Source: Planctomycetota bacterium
Lineage (GTDB): Bacteria > Planctomycetota > GCA-002687715 > CAIWVZ01
Length of the DNA: 64,000 nt
Direction of reading: 5' to 3'
Assembly (NCBI GenBank): GCA_044222185.1
Contig: JBGANV010000006.1
Location: 128,001-192,000, forward strand
Shown: positions 9,373 to 18,500 of the stretch, one piece after another
Numbering within the stretch: position 1 is the first letter of the stretch
Layout: each line of letters begins with the position of its first letter
The notes under the pieces: model-generated
Database searches by the model: none
What the model saw: the letters and a program-made list of their open reading frames with translations, nothing else
What the model was told of the DNA's origin: nothing
Made by a program: the position numbers and the translations under genes

Positions 9373-10536
9373 TCACTGACCCTTCGGTGTCTGGAGGACG
9401 GAATCGTAGACACGCAAGTAGGCGTTCACCATCGCGTCCATGCTGAACCGCTGTTCGACGACGCGCCGGCCGGACATCCCGTGGGCGGCGACGAGCCCCG
9501 GCTCCTGGAGATAGCGGGCCATGGCGGCCGTCATGGGGTCGACTTCGTCGGACGGCACGAGCTGGCCCGAAACTCCGTCGAGCACGAGCTCGGGGTTGCC
9601 GCCGACCGCGGTCGCGACGAGCGGTAGGCCGCTCGACATGGCTTCGAGGATCGTGTTCGAGATCCCCTCGCCAAGCGACGGCAGCACGAAGACGTCGAGG
9701 GCGCGAAGGCACTCGGCAACGTCGTTTCGCTCGCCCGGCAACCAGACCCGGGCTGCGAGCCCGGCGTCCCGGACGATCTTCTCGCATTCGCTTCGCAGGG
9801 GACCGTCGCCGACGAGGATGAGGCGCGCGCGCGCACCCAGGTCGGGCGCCCCTTTGCAGAGTGCGACGAACGCGCGCGCGAGGAGCGTCTGGTGCTTCAC
9901 GGCCTGCATCCGCCCCACGGTTCCGAACACGATCGTGTCGTCCGTCGCGAAGCCCTCGGGCAGGACCCTGGGCCTTGGTCCCGATCGCGGATGAAACCGC
10001 TCCGAGTCGACGCCGTTGTAGATCTGGCTGATGCGATCCTCAGGCACCTGGATGTCGGCCGCGAGCCACTTCGCCAGGTCGTCGCTGACCGTGATGTAGT
10101 GCGTGACGAGGCGGCGGATCGCGCGACGGAGCGCGTTGTAGCGACGGTTCTTGCCGTGGAGGTCGTAGACGTCCCGCCCGTGCTCGCCGTGGACGCGCGC
10201 CCGCACTCCGGCGAATCGCCCCGTGACGACGCATTCGAGCGTCGGGAGGTTGCGGGTGTGCAGGATCGACGGCCGCCGGCGCCGCAGCTCGCGCCACAAC
10301 CGCCGGTGGAAGAAGAGGTCGTTTCCGGGCTTCTTGTGGAGCGCGAGCACCTCGACGTCGGCCCGAGTCAAGCGCTTGCGGAAGTCCGTGAACTCGGTGA
10401 GGGCGATGATCACGTGCCGATACCTGTCCGGCGGCATGTGATTGAGCAGGTTGACGATGCCGTTCTCGAGCCCGCCGACGTCGAATCGGTAGACGATGTG
10501 CGCAACGAGCGGCGGCTTTTCCTCCGGCATTTTCAT
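9373..10536 (-). CDS. Sugar transferase GT4, PEP-CTERM/EpsH1-associated type (TIGR03088-like)
   Basis: PLVAHIVYRFDVGGLENGIVNLLNHMP, HGEHGRD, EGISNTILEAMSSGLP. Start is ATG 10536 or 10530. Confidence 0.88.
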   Translation of the reverse strand: MKMPEEKPPLVAHIVYRFDVGGLENGIVNLLNHMPPDRYRHVIIALTEFTDFRKRLTRADVEVLALHKKPGNDLFFHRRLWRELRRRRPSILHTRNLPTLECVVTGRFAGVRARVHGEHGRDVYDLHGKNRRYNALRRAIRRLVTHYITVSDDLAKWLAADIQVPEDRISQIYNGVDSERFHPRSGPRPRVLPEGFATDDTIVFGTVGRMQAVKHQTLLARAFVALCKGAPDLGARARLILVGDGPLRSECEKIVRDAGLAARVWLPGERNDVAECLRALDVFVLPSLGEGISNTILEAMSSGLPLVATAVGGNPELVLDGVSGQLVPSDEVDPMTAAMARYLQEPGLVAAHGMSGRRVVEQRFSMDAMVNAYLRVYDSVLQTPKGQ

Positions 10537-10689
10537 GGTCCGCGCGAGTCTTAGCAGAGCGGTTCGTGCGGATCGCCCGCCCCTCGTGTTTCGACACGGA
10601 CGGCCATCGGCGTTCAGTCCCGGGCCCCAGGTTCCGCGCCAGGTCCGCAACCGATTCCGCACGGCGCGGGAAGATACTCTTCGGACGCC

Positions 10690-13683
10690 ATGGACGCCTT
10701 GGACACCGGATGGGACGGGCTCGTCGATGCGGACCGCGCGCTGCGCGGGTTCGCGCGCCGGCTCGTCGCCGGAGCCGACGAGGACGTGGCCCAGGAGGCG
10801 TGGCTCGCCGCCGTGCGGCGCCCCGGTGGAGCCGAGGCCGCCCCGCGGAGCTGGCTTGCGGCCGTCGCCCGCAAGCTCGCGGCGCGATTTCATCGCGACC
10901 GCGCGCGACGCGCACGACGCGAGGAGGGCGCAGCGCGCCCCGAAGCGGCTCCCGCGGATGCCTTCGCGGCCAAGGAGCAGGCGCGGCGCCGCATCGTCGA
11001 CCTGGTGCTCGCGCTCCCCGAACCCCACCGGACCGCGATCGTCCTGCGTCACCTCGAGGGCCTGCCCCCGCGTGTGATCGCCGCGCGTCTCGGGGTCCCC
11101 GTCGAGACGGTCCGCACTCGCGTCCGCAAGGGGATCGACCTCCTGCGGGAGCGGATCGGCGTGAAGGGCGAGGAACCCTTCGCCACGGCCCTGTCGGCCT
11201 GGCTTCTGCCCGTTTCTGGCGCGTGGGCGATCGGCGATCACGTCGCGGCAACGGCCGCGATGGGCAAGGCGATGTTCGTGGCGGCGGCACCTTCGCTCGG
11301 AGGCCTCGCGATGACGGCGAAAACGAAGTTCGGGATCGCGGCGGCGATCGTGCTCGTGGCCATGGCGGTCGTGTGGTCCTGGCCGCCTCGCACCGACGGG
11401 CCATCCGGGGGACCTGTGGTCATGGAGCGGCTCGGCGCTTCTGCGGCAACGCCGAAGTTGCCCGACGTACGTGAGTCGCGCCCCGTGGCCAAAGACGCCC
11501 CGGTCACCGTCACGCCGTTCAAGGACGACACGCCGACGACCGTTCCGACGGTGGTGATGGCCGCGACGCTGCGCATTCGAGCGACGTGGGAGTCGGACAA
11601 GTCACCCGCCGCGGGCGTCGTCGTGCGTGTGCGGTACCTGGGTGCCGACTACGACCGCTACGGCGGCCCGACGGCCGTCCTCGACTCGGAGGGCGTCGCC
11701 ACGCTCGCCTCGCTGAAGCCTGGGAAGGTGGCGGTCGAAGCGGAACGCAACAACCGGTACGACCAGCGCGCGACCCTGGTCGCCGGGAGCACGTCCGAGG
11801 TGACGCTCGCCATTCCCAAGGGCCTCGGTGTGAAGGGCGTCGTGCTCTCCGCCAAGGGTGAGCCCGTCGCCGGCGCCGACATCTGGTGCGGGATCTACAA
11901 CCAGTTCGTCGGGCCGCCGTCCACGCGCTCGTCCGCCGACGGCACGTTCGCGCTCCGCGATCTCGGTCAATACGAGCGCATCGCCGCGCGGGCGCCGGGG
12001 CACGGACCGTCACGGACCCAGTGGTTCATCACCGAGGTGGCTGACGCGATCTCCGTCAAGCTCATCCTGGGGTCGGCCGGCGCCAGCGTGGCCGGACGTG
12101 TCGTCGGGGTGGACGGAGCCGGTGTCCCGGGGGCTACCGTCACGTTCGGGGTCTTTGCCTACCAGCAGCAACAAGACGCCGATCGGGGGACGACGGAGCC
12201 TCCGCCCGCGACGGTCGCCACGACGGATTCGGAGGGGGCGTTCAGGCTCGATTCGGTGACCCCTGGACCCAACCCGGTGCAAGTCACCAAGCCGGGCTTC
12301 GCCATGACGCGCGACGTCGTGGACGTGCGCGCGGACGACGTCGCGCAGCCGGTCCTCAGGCTCGTCAGTGGTGGTGCGATCGCGGGCTCGGTGCTGAAAC
12401 CCGACGGGACGCCCGCGGCGAAGGCACGCGTCGTCGTGGGACTGGAGCGCGAGGTGGAACTTTCGGCGCGGACCGACGAGTCGGGGCATTTCACCGTCGG
12501 GGACGTGCCCGCCGGCGTGGTGCCCATTCGCGTCGACGTCGAATCCGTGGGCCGTGCGACGGCGAAGGTCACCGTCGTCGCCGGGGCGACGGCGACGTGG
12601 GATGCCACGCTGGCCGTGGCGCCCACGATCAGGGGCCGTGTCGTGGACGAAGTGGGGAAGCCGTACCCGAAGGCGTGGATCGGCGCCGATCGGTTGGGTC
12701 CGGCGCTCGACGGTGAGGAGCATGCATTCGGCGGCACGGCCACGGCCGACGAGCAGGGAGTGTTCGAGGTCAAGGACCTCGCTCGCGCCAAGTTCCGGTT
12801 GCGCGTGATGGTCAAGGGTGATGACGACCGCTCGCGCGAAGCGGCGATCCGCGAGGTGAATGCGCCCGCGGCGGACGTCTCCATCGTCATTCCCCGGGCG
12901 GACGTTCCTTCGGCATACATCACGGCGACGGTCGTCGGACCCGATGGCGCGCCCGCGGCCGTCAACATGCTCGCCATGATCCCCGACTCGGGCGGGACGC
13001 CCTACGTGCCGAGTGATCCCACGACGGGTGTGATCAAGGCGGGGCCGCTGCGCGGGGGAACCTACACCGTTCAGTTCCTCGGTCGCGGGTTCGCGACGAT
13101 CGAGATCCCTCACGTGATCGTCGAGCCTCGGGGGACGGTGGATCTGGGCCGGATCGTGATGGTGGTCCCCGGAACGATCGTCGCGACCTGCGCGGGGTTG
13201 GGCCGATCCCAGAATCGAGACTCAGCGGTGGCGTACCCGGAGGGTTCGAACCCGGGCCCGCACCGGGAGTCGCTGACGTTCACGGACGGCGTCGCGCGTG
13301 CGTCCGTTGCCCCGGGACGGTGGCGCGTGGTTCTCGAAACGGACGCGGGATTCGCCGAAGACGTGATCGTCGACGTGGTCGCGGGCCAGGAGTCGAAGGC
13401 TGCGTTCGAGGTTCGGCCCGCCGCGCGCCTGCGTTTCGAGGTCAAGCCGGCGGCGTCGTCCGAACTGGACCGCGCGCAAGTGGAAGTGCTCGATTCGTCG
13501 GGGACGGTGCGGTTGCGCCGGCCGCTCTGGCGCCCGGCTGGCGAGCCGTTCAACTGGTTCACCCGGCTGCTTCCCGGTCACTACGTCGTCCGCTTCACGG
13601 CCGCCGACAAGACGCACGCCGAACGCGAGATCGACGTGGGAACTCGCGACGTGAACGACCCGATCACGGTCGAGCTTCATTGA
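10690..13683 (+). CDS. ECF sigma factor fused via a TM helix to extracytoplasmic carboxypeptidase regulatory-like repeats
   Basis: sigma2 (EDVAQEAWL...SWLAAVAR) and sigma4 (LPEPHRTAIVLRHLEGL...IAARLGVPVETVRTRVRKG), a TM near aa 213-230, then ~750 aa of Ig-like repeats. Confidence 0.9.
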   Translation: MDALDTGWDGLVDADRALRGFARRLVAGADEDVAQEAWLAAVRRPGGAEAAPRSWLAAVARKLAARFHRDRARRARREEGAARPEAAPADAFAAKEQARRRIVDLVLALPEPHRTAIVLRHLEGLPPRVIAARLGVPVETVRTRVRKGIDLLRERIGVKGEEPFATALSAWLLPVSGAWAIGDHVAATAAMGKAMFVAAAPSLGGLAMTAKTKFGIAAAIVLVAMAVVWSWPPRTDGPSGGPVVMERLGASAATPKLPDVRESRPVAKDAPVTVTPFKDDTPTTVPTVVMAATLRIRATWESDKSPAAGVVVRVRYLGADYDRYGGPTAVLDSEGVATLASLKPGKVAVEAERNNRYDQRATLVAGSTSEVTLAIPKGLGVKGVVLSAKGEPVAGADIWCGIYNQFVGPPSTRSSADGTFALRDLGQYERIAARAPGHGPSRTQWFITEVADAISVKLILGSAGASVAGRVVGVDGAGVPGATVTFGVFAYQQQQDADRGTTEPPPATVATTDSEGAFRLDSVTPGPNPVQVTKPGFAMTRDVVDVRADDVAQPVLRLVSGGAIAGSVLKPDGTPAAKARVVVGLEREVELSARTDESGHFTVGDVPAGVVPIRVDVESVGRATAKVTVVAGATATWDATLAVAPTIRGRVVDEVGKPYPKAWIGADRLGPALDGEEHAFGGTATADEQGVFEVKDLARAKFRLRVMVKGDDDRSREAAIREVNAPAADVSIVIPRADVPSAYITATVVGPDGAPAAVNMLAMIPDSGGTPYVPSDPTTGVIKAGPLRGGTYTVQFLGRGFATIEIPHVIVEPRGTVDLGRIVMVVPGTIVATCAGLGRSQNRDSAVAYPEGSNPGPHRESLTFTDGVARASVAPGRWRVVLETDAGFAEDVIVDVVAGQESKAAFEVRPAARLRFEVKPAASSELDRAQVEVLDSSGTVRLRRPLWRPAGEPFNWFTRLLPGHYVVRFTAADKTHAEREIDVGTRDVNDPITVELH

Positions 13684-13795
13684 ACCCGGGACGCCGCGTT
13701 TCACGTCGGCGGCTGACGGAGCGCCGCGCGGCCGGGCTTCGCCGGACCACGCTGCATGCGGCTGGACTCGAGAATCCGGCTACGCTGTGCTGCTC

Positions 13796-14131
13796 ATGAG
13801 CACGGGAACGTTCACACGGGATCGGCACATCGGGCTCGGCATCGTGCTGATCCTGATCTCGCTCTCCGGCGTGCTCGTCCCGTTCGTTGCAGTCGGGCTC
13901 GGATGGGGGAGCGCCGCGTATCTGTTCTACGTCGGCCCATTCGTCGGCGGCGTTCTCGGGCTCTGCTGTGCGCGGGTCGTGCTCGGGGATCGCGTCTGCG
14001 AGACGAACGTCCACCTTCGCCGGCTGGCCATCGTGGCGGGGTGGATCGGCGTGCTCCTCGCCGCGGCGAACGTCGGGCTGTTCGTGTTTCTGGATCAGGG
14101 GGCGGGCCGATCGGCCCGGCTGTCTAAATGA
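13796..14131 (+). CDS. Small hypothetical membrane protein (3 TM)
   Basis: Three hydrophobic stretches; fills the intergenic gap. Confidence 0.6.
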   Translation: MSTGTFTRDRHIGLGIVLILISLSGVLVPFVAVGLGWGSAAYLFYVGPFVGGVLGLCCARVVLGDRVCETNVHLRRLAIVAGWIGVLLAAANVGLFVFLDQGAGRSARLSK

Positions 14132-14179
14132 ACGCCCGCTTCATCAGGTCCGCCTGTTCGACTTGATGCATGCGGAGCG
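14124..14179 (-). repeat. Degenerate duplicate of the kgd/sucA 3' end
   Basis: 49/56 nt identical to 15513..15568; encodes LRMHQVEQADLMKRAFI* versus LRMHQAEQADLVRRAFG*. Confidence 0.9.
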
Positions 14180-14304
14180 CCCCATTCACGCGACCGGATG
14201 GCAGGGATCCACGCTGCCGACGTCGGCTGCTTGCGGCGATCGATTCAGGATCCACTGGCGTTGTGCGCCATCGGACGCGTGACGGCCCTTTGCCCCGAGC
14301 GCAC

Positions 14305-14339
14305 CTTGAGAATTCAACACCACGTGATGGAATTTCAAG
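14305..14339. promoter_or_regulatory. AT-rich inverted repeat, candidate operator of the AAA/DUF4143 gene
   Basis: CTTGAGAATTC-N14-GAATTTCAAG immediately upstream of the likely start. Confidence 0.55.
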
Positions 14340-14346
14340 GCAAGCC

Positions 14347-15516
14347 ACGATCCCACGCGACCACGACAAACGACGCATCGTCGCACGTCTCGAGCAGTTC
14401 CCGGCCGTCGCCATCCCCGGGGCGCGGCAGGTCGGCAAGACCACGCTCGCTGGGGAGGTCGCCGCAGGCCGGAACGGACCGACGACGTTCTTCGATCTCG
14501 AGGATCCCGAAGACCTGGCGCAGCCGTCGGATCCTTCCGTCGCGTTCCGGTCGATGAAAGGCCTCATCGTCCTGGATGAGATCCAGCGCCTGCCGGAGAT
14601 CTTCACTCTCCTACGGGTGCTGGCCGATCGCAGCCGGAGGCCCGCTCGTTTTCTCTTGATGGGGAGCGCTTCGCCACGACGGCTCAGGCAGGCTTCCGAA
14701 TCACTCGCAGGCCGGATCGCGTACCACGAGCTGGGAGGTCTCTCGCTCGAGGACGCGGGCGCGGACGACGCGGAGCGACTCTGGCTTCGCGGCGGATTCC
14801 CTCGGGCGTTTCTTGCCGCGAGCGAGGGCGCGCGCGAGACGTGGGTGCGCAGCTTCATCACGGACCTGATCGAGCGCGACATCCCGCAGCTCGGCATCTC
14901 ATTGCCAGCGGCGACGGTGCGGCGATTCTGGACGATGCTGGCGCACTACCATGGCCAGACGTGGAACGGTTCGGAGATCGGTCGCGCGTTTGGAGCGTCG
15001 GACATGACCGTGCGCCGCTACCTGGACACACTGACGGCGACGCTCCTCGTCAAACAGCTCCAGCCGTGGCACGAAAATCTCGGGAAACGACAGGTCAAGG
15101 CGCCGAAGGTCTACGTTTCGGATTCGGGCCTGCTTCATGCACTCCTTGGAACCTGGACCCGAAGCGACCTGCTCGATCACCCCAAACGCGGGGCCTCGTT
15201 CGAGGGATTCGTGATCGAGCAGGTCATCCGCTTGCTCGACGCTCAGGGCGACGAGTGCTTCTTCTGGGGCACCCACGGGGGCGCGGAGCTCGATCTGCTC
15301 ATCGTTCGCGGCCAGCGCCGATGGGGATTCGAGGTGAAGCACACGAGCGCGCCGTCGATCACGCCGTCCATGCGCAACGCGATGAACGATCTCTCCCTCA
15401 CCAGCCTGAGCGTGGTTCATGCTGGTGAGAGGTCGTTCGATCTATCGTCGAAGATCCGTGCGGTCTCTTTCTCGCACCTGGCCTCGGAACTGGGATCGCG
15501 CCGGCGCTCGCGCTAA
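14347..15516 (+). CDS. AAA_14 ATPase + DUF4143 (wHTH/PD-(D/E)XK-like) protein; start codon uncertain, possibly decaying
   Basis: Walker A GARQVGKT, Walker B LIVLDEIQ, RGGFP, VKAPKVYVSDSGLLH, C-terminal ELDLL...FEVK. The expected start position reads ACG-ATC-CCA-CGC. Confidence 0.85.
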   Translation, partial: TIPRDHDKRRIVARLEQFPAVAIPGARQVGKTTLAGEVAAGRNGPTTFFDLEDPEDLAQPSDPSVAFRSMKGLIVLDEIQRLPEIFTLLRVLADRSRRPARFLLMGSASPRRLRQASESLAGRIAYHELGGLSLEDAGADDAERLWLRGGFPRAFLAASEGARETWVRSFITDLIERDIPQLGISLPAATVRRFWTMLAHYHGQTWNGSEIGRAFGASDMTVRRYLDTLTATLLVKQLQPWHENLGKRQVKAPKVYVSDSGLLHALLGTWTRSDLLDHPKRGASFEGFVIEQVIRLLDAQGDECFFWGTHGGAELDLLIVRGQRRWGFEVKHTSAPSITPSMRNAMNDLSLTSLSVVHAGERSFDLSSKIRAVSFSHLASELGSRRRSR

Positions 15517-18500
15517 CCGAACGCTCTCCTCACCAGGTCCGCCTGTTCGGCTTGATGCATGCGGAGCGAGCCCGTCGCAGGCGACGAGGACGCGGCGCGG
15601 CCGACGTAGCGCGCCTTCATCCCGAGGTCCTGGAACTGGGGCAGCATGAAGCTCCATGCCCCCATGTTCTTCGGCTCCTCCTGGACCCAGGCGAGGTTCT
15701 TGAATCCCTTCAAGTAGCGGGCGACCGCGTCCTGCAACGCCCGCCGTGGCAGCGGGTAGAGCTGCTCCAGCCGGATGATCGCCGTGTCCTTGATCGCGTT
15801 CTGGACTCGCCACTCATCCAGGTCGAAGTAGACCTTGCCGGAACAGATGAGCACCCGGGTGACGAGCGCCGGATCGGCGCCGTCGTCGATCACGGGCCGG
15901 AAGGCGCCCGTCGTGAACTCGGCGGAAGTCGACCCGGCCTCCTTCTTCTTCAGGAGACTCTTGGGCGTCATGACGATCAGCGGACGCTTCGTCGCAAGCT
16001 TCGCCTGCCGCCGGAGCAGGTGGAAGTACTGGGCGGCCGTCGTGCAGTTCGCGACGGTCATGTTGCCCGTGGCGCAGAGCTGGAGGAATCGCTCGACGCG
16101 ACCGCTCGAGTGCTCGGGCCCCTGGCCGTCGTATCCGTGGGGGAGGAGCATCACGACGCCGCTCGTCTGGTTCCACTTCGCCTCGGAGGCGGCGAGGAAC
16201 TGATCGATCTGGATCTGCGCGCCGTTGCAGAAGTCGCCGAACTGCGCCTCCCAGAGAACGAGTGATTGGGGACGCGCGAGCGCGAAGCCGAACTCGAATC
16301 CCAATCCCGCTTCTTCCGACAGGAGGCTGTCGACGACCTCGAATCGCGCCTGACCTTCGGACACGTGGTTGAGCGGGATCCAGTCCTTCTCGTCCGCCTG
16401 ATCACGGACGACGGAGTGTCGCTGGGAGAACGTGCCTCGACCCGAGTCCTGCCCGGCGAGGCGGATCGGCGTGCCCTCCGCCAGCAGGGATCCGAACGCG
16501 AGCGCCTCGCCGCAGCCCCAGTCGATGGGCAATTCGCCGTGGAGCATGTCCACGCGACGCTTGAGCTGGCGCGCGAGGTTGGGATGGACGTGATGACCCT
16601 CGGGCGGCTGCGTCGCGACCGTGAGGATGCGTTCGAGCGTCTCGCGGGCGACGCCGGTTTCCTGCGAAGGCTCGTCCTGGAAGTCGCGCGGGTCCTCGGC
16701 CGGCGGTCGGATCGCGAGTGCCTCCGGCTCCGGCGCCGCCGGCAGGGCGCGGAACTGCTCGAGCGCGAGGCGGAGCTGTTCCGCGTAGGCATCGACCGAC
16801 GCCTGTCGTTCGGCCTCGGTCATCTGCTTGCGCTGCACCAGCAGGCGGCCATAGCGATCGCGCACGGAGATCTGCCGCGCGATCTTCTGGTACATCAGCG
16901 GCTGCGTGTAGGCCGGCTCGTCCGTCTCGTTATGGCCATGCCGCCGATAGCAGACCATGTCGACGACCACGTCACCGGCGAACTGCTCTCGGTAGTCGAA
17001 CGCGACGCGGATCGCCCGCAGACAGGACTCGGGGTAATCGCCGTTCACGTGGAGGATCGGCGCCCCGATGCTCTTCGCCATGTCGGTGCAGTAGTAGGTC
17101 GAGCGCGTGGACTTGGGGCCCGCCGTGTATCCGATCTGGTTGTTGATGACGATGTGCACGGTTCCGCCGGTGCGATATCCGGCGAGCTGGGACATGTTGA
17201 GCGTTTCGGCGACGACACCCTGCCCCGCGAAGGCCGCGTCGCCGTGGATCAGGATCGGCAGCACGGCGCGGCGATCGTCCGCGGGACCGTCCTCCTGCTT
17301 CGCGCGAGCCAGCCCTTCGACGACCGGGTTCACGGCCTCCAGGTGACTCGGGTTCGAGGCCAGCGTGATCGGCAGGCGCCTGCCCTCCGGCGTGATGTGT
17401 TCGCCGTCGGCGCCGAGGTGGTACTTGACGTCACCCGACCCTTGCACCGTGCTCGGATCCACCAGTCCTTCGAACTCGGAGAAGACCTTGCCGTAGGACT
17501 TGTTGAACGTGTTCACGAGGACGTTCAGTCGCCCGCGGTGCGCCATGCCGATCACCGCGTGCTTCGCCTCGCGCGTCGTCGCGCGGTTGAGCAGCTCGTC
17601 CAACATGGGGATGAGCGTCTCGGCGCCCTCGAGCGAGAACCGCTTGTGTCCGAGGTACCGCGTGTGGAGGAACTTCTCGAAGGCCTCGGCGGCGTTCAGC
17701 TTCTCGAGGATCCGGCGCTGCTCTTTCGGCGCGAACGGCTCCAGGTTGCGCGTGGGCTCCATGCGCTGCTGGAGCCACGCCTTCTTCTTCGGATCCGAGA
17801 TGTGCATGTACTCGACGCCGATGCGGCGGGAGTACGTGTCGAGCAGGATCTCCAGGATCTCGCGGAGCGTCGCCATGGGCTTGCCGCCCAGGCCGCCGGT
17901 CATGAACACCCGGTCGAGGTCGAAGACCGTGAGGCCGTACGTCGCGAGGTCGAGTTCGGGATGGAACTCGGGTTTGAACTCGAGAGGATCGAGGTCGGCG
18001 ATGCGGCAGCCGCGGACGCGATAGGCATTGATGAGCTGGAGGACGCGGGCCTGCTTCTCGATCACCTCGAGGGACGGCGCGCCGCCGCCGGCGAGCATCG
18101 CGTTGCGATCCTGCGCCCGCTTCCACGGCGTGTGCGGGCAGTCGAGCGACTCGAAGATCTCCTCGTAGAAGGCGTCCTTGCCCTGCAGCAGTTCGTCGAT
18201 GCGGTGGAGCAGCAGACCCGATTCCGCACCTTGGATGATGCGATGGTCGTACGTGCTCGTCATCGTCATCACCTTGCTGATGCCGAGCTGCGTGAGCATC
18301 TCGCTCGATGCGGATTGGTACTCGGCGGGGTACGCGATCGCGCCCGTGGCGACGATGAGGCCCTGTCCCGGCATGAGACGCGGGACCGAAGCCACCGTGC
18401 CGATCGTCCCCGGGTTCGTCAGCGTGATCGTCGTGCCCTGGAAGTCGTCGGGCGTGAGCTTGCCGAGTCGCGCGCGATCGACGGCGTCGCCGTAAGCGGC

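Noticed and set aside
14124-14897. 257-aa minus-strand ORF ending like Kgd
   Set aside because: Only the last ~18 codons derive from the duplicated kgd end; the rest is antisense to the AAA gene.
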